Of a DNA stretch of 64,000 nucleotides, positions 45,440 to 56,700 are shown one piece after another (the stretch's first letter is position 1; each line of letters starts with the position of its first letter). The stretch comes from Macrostomum lignano. Its lineage: Eukaryota. The position numbers were made by a program, and so were the translations under genes. The notes beneath the pieces were generated by a model, which saw nothing but the letters and a program-made list of their open reading frames with translations, ran no database searches and had not been told where the DNA came from. The stretch covers positions 372,001-436,000 of the forward strand of contig NIVC01000067.1 in the NCBI GenBank assembly GCA_002269645.1, given 5' to 3'.

Positions 45440-45850
45440 CAGGGCGCCAAAATAAGTGTCTGCGGCGCTAAAATGAGTGCCTGCGGCGCCAAAATGAGTG
45501 GCTGCGGCGCCAAAATGAGTGCCTGCGGCGCCAAAATGAGTGCCTGCGGCGCTAAAATGAGTGGCTGCTGCGGCGCCAAAATGAGTGGCTGCGGCGCCAA
45601 AATGAGTGCCTGTGGCGCTAAAATGAGTGTCTGCGGAGCAAAAATGAGTGCCTGCAGCGCCAAAATGAGTGCCTGCAGCGTTAAAATGAGTGCTTGCGGC
45701 GCTAAAATGAGTGTCTGCGGCGCAAAAATGAGTGCCTGCAGCGCCAAAATGAGTGCCTGCAGCGCCAAAATGAGTGCCTACGGCGCCAAAATGAGTGCCT
45801 GCGGCGCTAAAATGAGTGGCTGCGGCGCTAAAATGAGTACCTGTGGCGCC
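45440..45850. repeat. 21-bp minisatellite (AAAATGAGTGCCTGCGGCGCC)
   Basis: Lies downstream of the 7TM stop. Confidence 0.92.
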
Positions 45851-47169
45851 CAAAGGAGCGCTGACAACACGAATCTCAAAATAATGGAAATTTAGGAATT
45901 TAGTCATGTACATGTTGAATTCTTGGTTTTGTCCCCCCACCATAAAATCCATGGCGACGCCCCTGGCTGCCCACGTGGATCGGCCTTCCTCAGCCTTAGT
46001 TATGGTGGAAGGATGGCATCGCTTATGTTAGTCTGGCTGGCTCAACCATCTTGGATGAACTGCTTTTGTTACGTTTAAGAAAAACTTTTGGTCACGCGCG
46101 TTCTTCGCCTCTAAACATAGCAACGACCATCGAGCCTTCAGCCAATCAATTTTTGAAGGCCGATTCGAATTGGAACTCATCGTTATTTTGCACGCATTCA
46201 ATGCTTCGTTTTAAACTTTTTATTCTCATTTCGCCAGAAGCAGCGGTATTGACCGCTCGCCCAAGAGCTCACTGCAAGTTTTCGGCCCCAGGGCATCAGA
46301 TCAGATCGCGGTGCGGTCAAGGACCTCAGATGAATGAGAACTGGGATTAACCAGTAGCTATCAGCTTCCCTCGCACTTGTATACCCAGGAGAATATTGCA
46401 TGCATAGCTGGCTACTGTTTTTGCTGTTCCAAAAGGCGCAAAAGTACATGCAGACATGCAGAGTAAATTTTAAGCGAAAATTCTAAAGTTCTGCAGCATT
46501 AATATTCAGGGATATTCAAGGATATTAATAAATACGAGCGTATGAATGAATATTTATCGATATTAATGGACACCAATGGGTATTTTTGTAGACTCTGATT
46601 TGTAAACTGAGTTGAAGCGAGTGAGAAGACATCGTGAACTCTAAACTCTGGAGCATTGAACTCTCAGTGATCTGTATAGAGAGGCAGCACTTTAGCATGT
46701 CCCTGGTCTCTTGTCTCGAGTCAGTGGAATTCTGCCCCTGGGGCTCGCGGTAGCAGCAAAGCGAGTTAACCCCTCGGTTACTAGGAGAAGAAGATCGGAT
46801 ACGGAAGCTTCAATCCGCTCTTTGCTGGAGCAAATCACCGACCTGTACGCCTCATCTGTGCTCAAAAAAGTACACATTGAATGCTCTGGAATTTCCTCAA
46901 GTCAGCCAGTGCTCATGCGAGGGACAAAGCCTGTCCAGGCCTTCAAATCTGCATCTTATTAATACACCTGTGCTGGCCAATCTGCCTGCTGGCTCTCTCA
47001 GGGGACTGGAGTGGCCTCTGCAGCTGCCAGCACAGCAGATGAGAAGTCGAAATTACTTTGTAAGTAAACAGATTCACCTGACCGATTCAGGACCAATTTC
47101 CGAAGCGATTTTCTGAAACCAAATTGATTTCGTGAGGAAGTTCAGCGTCAAGGTACGGGTTGAATATGA

Positions 47170-47720
47170 AATAAATATGATGAACATGACAGATACATGA
47201 ATGAACATGATAAACATGATATAAACATGAATGAACATCATACACATGAGAGAAACATGAGAGAACATGAGAACAGAACAGAAAAATAATAGAAACATGA
47301 GAGAACATGAGAACAGGACAGAAAAATGAGAGAAACATGAGAAAACATGAGAACAGGACAGAAAAATGAGAGAAACATGAGAAAACATGAGAACAGGACA
47401 GAAAAATGAGAGAAACATGAGAAAACATGAGAACAGGACAGAAAAATGAGAGAAACATGAGAGAACATGAGAACAGGACAGAAAAATGAGAGAAACATGA
47501 GAGAACATGAGAACAGGACAGAAAAATGAGAGAAACATGAGAGAACATGAGAACAGGACAGAAAAATAATAGAAACATGAGAGAACATGAGAACAGGACA
47601 GAAAAATGAGAGAAACATGAGAGAACATGAGAACAGGACAGAAAAATAATAGAAACATGAGAGAACATGAGAACAGGACAGAAAAATGAGAGAAACATGA
47701 CATAGACGTGAGAGAACATG
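47170..47720. repeat. 40-bp purine-rich minisatellite (GAGAAACATGAGAGAACATGAGAACAGGACAGAAAAATGA)
   Basis: Direct reading. Confidence 0.92.
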
Positions 47721-48798
47721 CAAAACATCCAAGAATACATACAAGAACACTAGAGGTCATCAGATATTGAAGCACAAATAAACTCGGTTCCCAGAAGCAA
47801 TATAACTGCTTCGACAATCTTAAGCCACGAATTATGCCCAGTTTAAGCATGCTCATCTCGAAAGATGTTTGGTGGATAGAGTCAGTCCGACAGAGCTGCT
47901 CTGTACTGCCGCGGGCTCATAATTTTGAGGATTTTACAGTGCAGAGCTGACCTGACAGCGGGGACACGGGCCCAGATGCAGACACGCAAGGGTGTCCCAA
48001 TTAAAAACTGCAATCGTGTCCGCAAGTGCGCCAGCATTCGCAACACTTGGAGTTTTTATCGCCTTCCCGGGAGTTTGCGCCAAGGCCAAAAAGGATTTAT
48101 GGCCCATAAAACAAGAAATTTAAAAAGCTAGGAAGAGAAATATTGCCAGTATTTTTATTTCGGATTGTAGAGGATTCACGAATACTGAGCATATTTGGCG
48201 ATGGTATTTATAATTACTCACTTAATTACTCACTCACTTACTCCCTTACTTACTTACTTACGACTCGCTTACCTAATGAATTACTTACTTACTTACTCAC
48301 TCATACTTTCTTACTCTCTGACTTACTCATTTACTTACTTACTTACTCACTTACTCATTTTCTTACTCACTATACATGCCTTACAAGACACAAAAGCCGA
48401 GCAGTCGCCAAAGCAACGCCCTCAGTCATTCTGGTCACGCACTCACATAAACTGAAGCTCATTATTCGATCTAATTAAGACTGAATTGCTACTCCAAGTT
48501 TCCAATCCTTTGCAGTAAATTTGATTGAAAGAGATCTTGGCGCAGCACGAATGCCAGAGTCATGGCGACCTTGGCAGCGCAATGAATAGCATAGCTTGGC
48601 AAGTTCATCTGATACAAGCTACTACAAGTAGTTGCTGCTACTAAACGAAGGCATAAAAGACCTTGAAATGTATTCGATTGTACTGTCGGACTAAGTCTTA
48701 GCCCTTGGTTACTATGCTGGATTATTAAAAGGAATTCGAAAATACAGGATCCGCGGCCAAAACCGACATGTCACGATCGGCCCAGCTTGTCCACCCAA

Positions 48799-50525
48799 TC
48801 AGAGCTCGTCGGCGTCGTGCTCCGCCGGCCGCCGCCACAGCTGCCGGCAGTCGTCGCCTTCCAGCCGGACAGAGCAGGCGAAGCCGCCGCCGCTCGGAGA
48901 CAGCCGCTGGCCGGCACCGAGGCCGGCGGCCCGGCGGCGCAGTTCCAGCCGGCCGCGGTAGCGCCAGGCGCCGGCGGCCGAGCCGCAGTAGCTTAGCATC
49001 AAGCGCTGGCCTCTGGCCTCCTCGGACGGCCAGCTGAGCCGCCAGGCCTCCGTGACCGCCTGGCCGACCTTGGTGAGGCCCAGCAGCAGGGTGCCGTTCT
49101 CCGGCCAGGCCGCCACCACCCGGCGCTGCAGCTTCACTGGCGAGCCTTCGAATAAGAAGCCGCCGGTGGTCTGGCCGGCCTCGGCCTCCAGCAGCTCGCC
49201 GCGGCACGGATGACAGTCGTGGAACGGGTGGCCGCCGCGGACGGCCAGCCACAAGCCATCGGCTTCGGCCAGAGTGGCTGGGGGCCCCAGGCCTGCGAGC
49301 ATGATGAATAAAGTAAATTTAACCTGTTAGATGGCACCAAACATACTGGGACAACCTCACGAGACGCCTAATGATACACCTAATGAGGCGCCTAATGAAG
49401 CGTCTAATGGGTAACACAACTAGACACCTAATGAGACACCCAATGAGACACCTAATGAAATGCCTAAAGAGACACTAATGAGCACATAATGAGACACCTG
49501 ATGAGATACCGAATGAGGCACCTATTGAGACACTAATAAGGACCTAATGAGACGCCTAATGAGACACCTAATGAGACACCTAATGAGACGCCTAATGAGA
49601 CACCTAATGAGACACCCAATGAGACGCCTAATGAAATGCCTAAAGAGACACTAATGAGCACCTAATGAGACACCTGATGAGATACCGAATGAGGCACCTA
49701 TTGAAACACTAATGAGCACCTAATGAGACACCTGATGAGATACCGAATGAGGCACCTATTGAGACACTAATAAGGACCTAATGAGACGCCTAATGAGACG
49801 CCTACTAATGAGACACCTAATGAGGCACCTAATCAGACACCTAATGAGGCACCTAGTGAGACAACCTAATGAGGTGCCTAATGAGATGCATGATGAGACA
49901 CCTAATGAGACGCCTAATGAGATGCATAATGAGACACCTAATGGGATGCCTAATGAGATGCATAATGAGACACCTAATATGGAACCTACAAAGACACCTA
50001 ATGAGACGTCAAATGAGGCACCTAATGAAACGTCAAATGAGACACCTAATAAGACATCTAATGAGATCAAGACAATCTTTAAAATCTCTAATTCTTTATG
50101 CTTCAAGTTTAGACCTGCAGCTGTTCAGGCCGGCATTCGTCCTGATCCTCATCCCAATCCTTCACCCCGTCCGCCGCCGCAGGCGGACTCAACTCGACGC
50201 AGTTGTGCTCAGTCACGGCGCAGGTGAGAAAGTCGGTGAGCAGTTGCTCAGCCCGGCAGCGGTAGAGGCAGGCGGCAGAGCAGGTGTCGCCGGAGCCGCC
50301 GCAGCTGTGCAGGCAGGTGAGACAGGCGCGGCAGTCGGAGTTCACAGCGCAGGCGTAGGACTGGCCGGGGCAGCTGTAGGCCATGCACCAGGCGTCGAGC
50401 GAGTGGCCCGCCGCTGCGGCCGCCGAACGCAGCGCGTCGATGGCAGCAGCGTTGGCCGGCGGCGCTGCCAGGTGTAGAAGCGGCAGGGCCAGAAGCAGAA
50501 ATTGTTGCACAGCAAATTTCCCCAT
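48799..50525 (-). CDS. Secreted violaxanthin de-epoxidase-like (VDE/VDL/VDR family) protein: signal peptide, Cys-rich domain and lipocalin domain
   Basis: Exon 50525-50115 encodes signal peptide MGKFAVQQFLLLALPLLHLAAPPANA, then Cys spacing x4,x6,x5,x5,x3,x6,x3,x15,x6 ending FLTCAVTEHNCV. Exon about 49323-48799 encodes ADGLWLAVRGGHPFHDCHPC, TEAWR, LSYCG, WRYRG and EGDDC. The phase-0 acceptor at 49324-49326 fits the donor; a pyrimidine-richer acceptor near 49293 would need phase 1, so the exact junction is unresolved. Confidence 0.75.
49360..50065. repeat. 12-bp minisatellite (CTAATGAGACAC) filling the VDE-like intron
   Basis: Direct reading. Confidence 0.92.
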
Positions 50526-50884
50526 TCTATACGAGTAAATAGGTGGAACTTTCGCTAGTGTAGAATTTCAATTTTAAATACGCTCTGCGCAAACATGAGC
50601 TGCGCTGGCGGACTCTTGGCACCGCAGAGATCAAATTCCAATATAATGAAGATAACGACGCTCGAATCCTTTGGTAGCAGAGCAGCGGGCTTGCTGTTGC
50701 AGAAACTATTAATAGCACCATAGAAATCTATTGCACCACTGGGACACTACTTACTGTGGTCGGATGGTCAAAGTCTAGTTGGCTGGTGGGTTTTTAATTT
50801 AAATAAGAGCGTATGTATGCATTTGTATTTTTGAATTTATGTAGATCAGCTGAATATTTTAGGGCTGATAGTATGGGGAGGGTT

Positions 50885-52460
50885 GACTGCTCAACCTAAG
50901 AATCTGCGATGGTGACTGCTCAACCTGGGGGTCCGGGAGGGTGACTGCTCAACCTGGGGGTCCGGGAGGGTGACTGCTCAACCTGGGGGTCCGGGAGGGT
51001 CACTGCTCAACCTGGGGGTCCGGGAGGGTGACTGCTCAACCTAAGAATCTGCGATGGTGACTGCTCAACTTGGGGGCCTGGGTGGGTGACTGCTCAACCT
51101 GGGGGTCCGGGAGGGTGACTGCTCAACCTGGGGGTCCGGAAGGGTGACTGCTCAACCTGGGGGTCCGGGAGGGTGACTGCTCAACCTAAGAATCTGCGAT
51201 GGTGACTGCTCAACTTGGGGGCCTGGGTGGGTGACTGCTCAACCTGGGGGCCTGGGTGGGTGACTGCTCAACCTGGGGGTCCGGGAGGGTGACTGCTCAA
51301 CCTGGGGGTCCGGGAGGGTGACTGCTCAACCTAAGAATCTGCGATGGTGACTGCTCAACTTGGGGGTCCGGGAGGGTGACTGCTCAACCTGGGGGTCCGG
51401 GAGGGTGACTGCTCAACCTGGGGGTCCGGGAGGGTGACTGCTCAACCTGGGGGTCCGGGAGGGTGACTGCTCAACCTAAGAATCTGCGATGGTGACTGCT
51501 CAACTTGGGGGCCTGGGTGGGTGACTGCTCAACCTGGGGGCCTGGGTGGGTGACTGCTCAACCTGGGGGCCTGGGTGGGTGACTGCTTAACCTGGGGGTC
51601 CGGGAGGGTGACTGCTCAACCTGGGGGTCCGGGAGGGTGACTGCTCAACCTGGGGGTCCGGGAGGGTGACTGCTCAACCTGGGGGCCATGGGTGGGTGAA
51701 TGCTCAACCTGGGGGTCCGGGAGGGTGACTGCTCAACCTGGGGGCCATGGGTGGGTGACTGCTCAACGTGGGGATCTGGGAGGTGACTGCTCAGCCTGAG
51801 GATCTGGGAAGGTGACTACTAAGCCTGAGGATCTGGGAAGGTGACTGCTAAGCCTGAGGATCTGGGAGGCTGGCTGCTCGGCCTGAGGTTCTGGGAGGGT
51901 GACTGCTCAACCTGGGGGTCCGGGAGGGTGACTGCTCAACCTGGGGGCCATGGGTGGGTGACTGCTCAACGTGGGGATCTGGGAGGTGACTGCTAAGCCT
52001 GAGGATCTGGGAGGCTGGCTGCTCGGCCTGAGGTTCTGGGAGGGTGACTGCTCAACCTGGGGGTCCGGGAGGGTGACTGCTCAACCTGGGGGCCATGGGT
52101 GGGTGACTGCTCAACGTGGGGATCTGGGAGGTGACTGCTAAGCCTGAGGATCTGGGAGGCTGGCTGCTCGGCCTGAGGTTCTGGGAGGGTGACTGCTCAA
52201 CCTGGGGGCCATGGGTGGGTGACTGCTCAACCTGGGGATCTGGGAGGTGACTGCTCAGCCTGAGGATCTGGGAAGGTGACTACTAAGCCTGAGGATCTGG
52301 GAAGGTGACTGCTAAGCCTGAGGATTTGGGAGGCTGGCTGCTCGGCCTGAGGTTCTGGGAGGGTGACTGCTCGGCCTGAGGATCTGGAAGGCTGGCTGCT
52401 CGGCCTGAGGTTCTGGGAGGGTGACTGCTCGGCCTCAGGATCTGGAAGGCTGGCTGCTAA
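50885..52460. repeat. 30-bp minisatellite (GTGACTGCTCAACCTGGGGGTCCGGGAGGG) with higher-order variants
   Basis: The right third changes to CTGAGGATCTGGGAGGCTGGC-type units. Confidence 0.95.
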
Positions 52461-53439
52461 GCGTGCGAACTTAGGAGAGGTACAGTACCATCGCAACGAG
52501 AAGTTCCCAGTCAGAGTTAAAAAAAGCGAGACAAAATAGCGGAAACAATCAAAGCAGATTTTGCAGCAGGACTGCGACAGACAGTAAAAACGGATTCTGA
52601 CAAAAATAGATATAAAAAAGCCGGGGGCGGGCTGCGAAAATGTATTTGAATTCGGTGAAAAGCAACTGGGAAGATACTTGGGTCACAGATGTTAGGCCAA
52701 GGCATTCCAGGCCAGTCATGCGAGCGATAAAAATGTTATTATTAATATAAAAAAAACTTTTATTAAACATGGGTTAATCAACTTGCTGCGATTTTGCTTT
52801 TAGAAGTAGCAATTTTACAGAGAAGCAGACTAATAGAAGCCACGAGAGAAGAAGGAAGATTTATTGGCAAAGACGCGACATTAAAAAAACACAAGTAAAA
52901 CTGTACAGACACAGGTAAAAGAACGAGTCCAAGCAGATCCATATTGAATCGTTGGCCTGATAAGGTTGGGATAATTTCAAACACGATTAATAAACACTTA
53001 CTGGCTGGAAGCAGCAGTGCAGTGAAGCAACTCAGGCATTTATTTTTTTCTATTATCGCTTCTTCACACTGCATTTTGACGGAAAACATTTTGGAGGCTG
53101 AATTCATGTGCAACAGCGAATTTATAAAGACAAGTAAACATCAGCGAAAGTATATCTATGCAAGGATTAATTTATCTTAATAAATATATAAAAACGGTTT
53201 GCTGTACATGCATGGGGCGTTGGCCACATCAGATATAAATGTCTATTTGCAATACACAAGTAATATTGAGATCATTCTCTCAGAGCATGCTCAAAGCTCG
53301 CTACTAACACAGAAGATAGTAGCATAGGTAGCACTAACAGACAGAAATATATTCTAGTTGCTAAGACGCCATTTTAAGGCCAGTGGAACTTTGAAGCGAA
53401 ATTCCAGGCTTGGATGAATTAGCCCAACTGACAGGCTGT

Positions 53440-53695
53440 TTACCTGATCTGACAGACTGAGTAACTGAACGGACAGACTGAGTAACTGATCTGACAGACT
53501 GAGTAACTGATCTGACAGACTGAGTAACTGAACGGACAGACTGAGTAACTGATCTGACAGACTGAGTAACTGATCTGACAGACTGAGTAACTGATCTGAC
53601 AGACTGAGTAACTGATCTGACAGACTGAGTAACTGATCTGACAAACTGAGTAACAGATCTGACAGACGGAGTAACAGATCTGACAGACTGAGTAA
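53440..53695. repeat. 21-bp minisatellite (TCTGACAGACTGAGTAACTGA) downstream of the SCP stop
   Basis: Direct reading. Confidence 0.92.
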
Positions 53696-53773
53696 CCGAC
53701 CCCTGACAGACTGGTTATCTGAAAGAACGGCGCGACACATACAAACAGTCAGTTTAATTGTATATGGTGATAT

Positions 53774-56700
53774 CTAGGGTGACGAATCCGGAGACGAGAG
53801 GCCCAACAAATTTGGTGAGGTTTCCACAACTGGCCGAATATCCTGCAGCTGGACAGCATCGCCGTCCGTACCTGCGACATTGGCGGCGACATTATTAGCA
53901 ACGTCGGCAGCGACATTGGCGGCGACATCAGTAGCAACGTCGGCAGCGACATCATTGGCGACATCATTAGCAACGTCGGCAGCGACATCATTAGCGACGT
54001 CGGCAGCGACATCATTAGCGACGTCGGCAGCGACATCATTAGCGACATCATTAGCGACGTCGGCAGAGACACCATTGGCGACATCATTAGCGACATTGGC
54101 ACTATTTTCAGCGTCTCCCCGGTCGCTAACAGCAGCGACAACGTCGGCTGGCGGACCAGCAAATGTTGCCGGCAGTTGATGGGCCTGCGACAGAGGCGGG
54201 TAGTCGCGAAGGAATTCAGGAACGGAGGCGGCGGCAGCAAGCCGCTCCATATAAGGTAGCAGGTCGCGCAGCTCAGTGTCGGCCTGGTCGCCCACCCAGG
54301 TGTGCACCCGGATCTGCGGAGCAGACAGGGTCATGGTAATTCAAAGATGCAAACCATGAAGCCCAAATTTCAAAAATAATGAGATTTAGAACCTTAATTT
54401 TGACATATAATTCTAAAACATTTTAATCCGGATCTCAAATTATGATTAAATAAGGATCACAAGTCATCAAATTTAGAGCACCAATCAGCAAATGAAGGTA
54501 AAAAAAACAATAAATTCAGGTAACAATGATCAAGTCCAGGTCAGGACTCACCAAATTCAGCTCACAACTAATCAAATCCAGGTCACAAATCATCAAATCC
54601 AGGTCACAAATCATCAAATCCAGGTCACAAATCATCAAATTCAGGTCACAAATCACCAAATCCAGGTCACATACCATTAAATCCAGGTCACAAATCATCA
54701 AATGCAAGTCACAATTAAATAAATCCAGGTCACAAATAATCAAATCCAGGTCACAAATAATCAGATCCAGGTCAAAAATCATCAAACCCGGGTCACAAAT
54801 CATCTAATCTAGATCAAAATCATCAAATCCAGGTCACAAATCATTAAATCCGGGTCACAAATCATCAAATCCAGGTCACAAATCATCAGATCCAGGTCAC
54901 AAATCATCAAATCTAGGTCACAAATCATCAAATCCGGGTCACAAATAATCAAAATCAAGATTCTGAAACCTCGAAACCTAGGTCGAAATAAGATTATATA
55001 ATGATTCTGAAATCCAGATAGCACCAGACCCGAAAATTGAAAGAGATGAGAGCTTAAAGAACTACAGTTTTCTGTCTGTGAGCTTTCCAATCCAGATGAC
55101 TGTAAATCAAGCCAGCCAAGGACACGAACCGCATTCTCCGTATTGAACATGTAGGACGCGGGCGAATTATCAATGATAACGCAGCGGTCAACCGGCCGGC
55201 CCAGCTGGGCCAGGTCCTTCACGAAATTGTCGCAGTGAAGGACGCAGGACTCGCGAAACAGGCGGTGCTTGAATGTGGACCACCGGTCCAGACGGTCCGA
55301 CACGGGGTCTGCGTACTGCGGGTGAAAATATTACTGTTTAAAATAAGACTCTGGGAGAACGCGATCGCCAGTGACCCCGGGTTCGATTCCGCGCGTGGGG
55401 CCACATTAATTAGGGGCTTGAGCACTAATCAGCGGACAAAGGTTCTATTGAGAGCTAACGGTGCAAGAAATACCTTAGCGAGGCTGGCGGTGAAGAGCAC
55501 GCATTCGTACAGCTGGCCCATTCTTTCCAGGAATTCGTCCGCGTATGGCCGCTTCAACACGTACACCTGGTGCACCAGGCCTTCGATTTCAACGTCGATG
55601 ACAAAGTCCGGCTCATCGACGAACTGTTAGAAAAATTATATAGCGAGGTCGAGAGCTAATTTCAGGTCGAATATAAATGTTATTTTGAGGACCTGAAGGA
55701 CGTTTGCCCAGCAACTGAGGATCTGGGAGGATGGCCCAGCAACTGAGGATCTGGGAGGCTGACCCAGCAACTGACAATCTGGGAGGATGTTGGTTGAGCA
55801 ACTGAGGATCTGGGAGGATGGCTCAGCAACTGAAGATCTGGGAGGCTGGCCCAGCAACTGAAGATCTGGGAGGCTGACCCAGCAACTGAGGATCTGGGAG
55901 GCTGACCCAGCAACTGAGGATCTGGGAGGATGGCTCAGCAACTGAGGATCTGGGAGGCTGGCTCAGCAACTGACGATCTGGGAGGCTGGCCCAGCAACTG
56001 ACGATCTGGGAGGTTAGCCCAGCAACTGGGGATCTGAGAAGCTGGCCTAGCAACTGGGGATCTGAAAAGCTGGCCCAGCAACTGAGGATCTGGGAGGCTG
56101 GCCCAGCAACTGAGGATCTGGGAGGCTGGCCCAGCAACTGACGATCTGGGAGGTTGGCCCAGCAACTGGGGATCTGAGAAGCTGGCCCAGCAACTGAGGA
56201 TCTGGAAGGCTGGCCCAGCAACTGAGGATTTGGGAGGCTGGCCCAGCAACTGAAGAGTTGGGAGGCTGGCCCAGCAACTGACGATCTGAGAGTCTGGCCC
56301 AGCAACTGACGATCTGGGAGGCTGGCCCAGCAACTGACACTCTGGGAGGCTGGCCCAGCAACTGAGGATCTGGGAGGCTGGCCCAGTGGAAACCTGGTAG
56401 CAAAGCCAATGCCCAACCTTGAATGAGCTGTGCACCAGAGTTTCGTCCAGGTCAATAACAGCACAAATCTTATCGCCCAAGTCGGGATCTCGCGGTCCCA
56501 GCAGGTCGATAGAGAATGTCTGGCCATTCTGCCCGTGATGGTGATGATGGTGATGGTTGTGGTGCTGCTGTTGCTGCTGCTGTTGTTGGCGCCTCCTAGT
56601 GGACGAGCGCCGATTAAAGCAGAAGCAGCAAAGCAGCTCTCGAAGCGGCCGAGGCTTTGACGGCTCGTTGACAGTAACGACATCAACTGTTGGCCCATCT

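Noticed and set aside
46690-47900. Possible additional spliced gene (exon-like patches near 46995-47060, 47090-47155 and 47765-47850)
   Set aside because: Candidate splice sites do not give a continuous open frame and no domain was recognised; it could be non-coding or decayed.
48799-50525. Algal contamination as the source of the VDE-like gene
   Set aside because: It is contiguous with metazoan genes and has a host-style minisatellite intron and host-like codon composition. A chimeric assembly cannot be fully excluded without reads.
28742-55390. Isolated pol III B-box-like motifs at 28742 (minus) and 55380 (plus)
   Set aside because: No accompanying A box, cloverleaf or SINE body could be traced.
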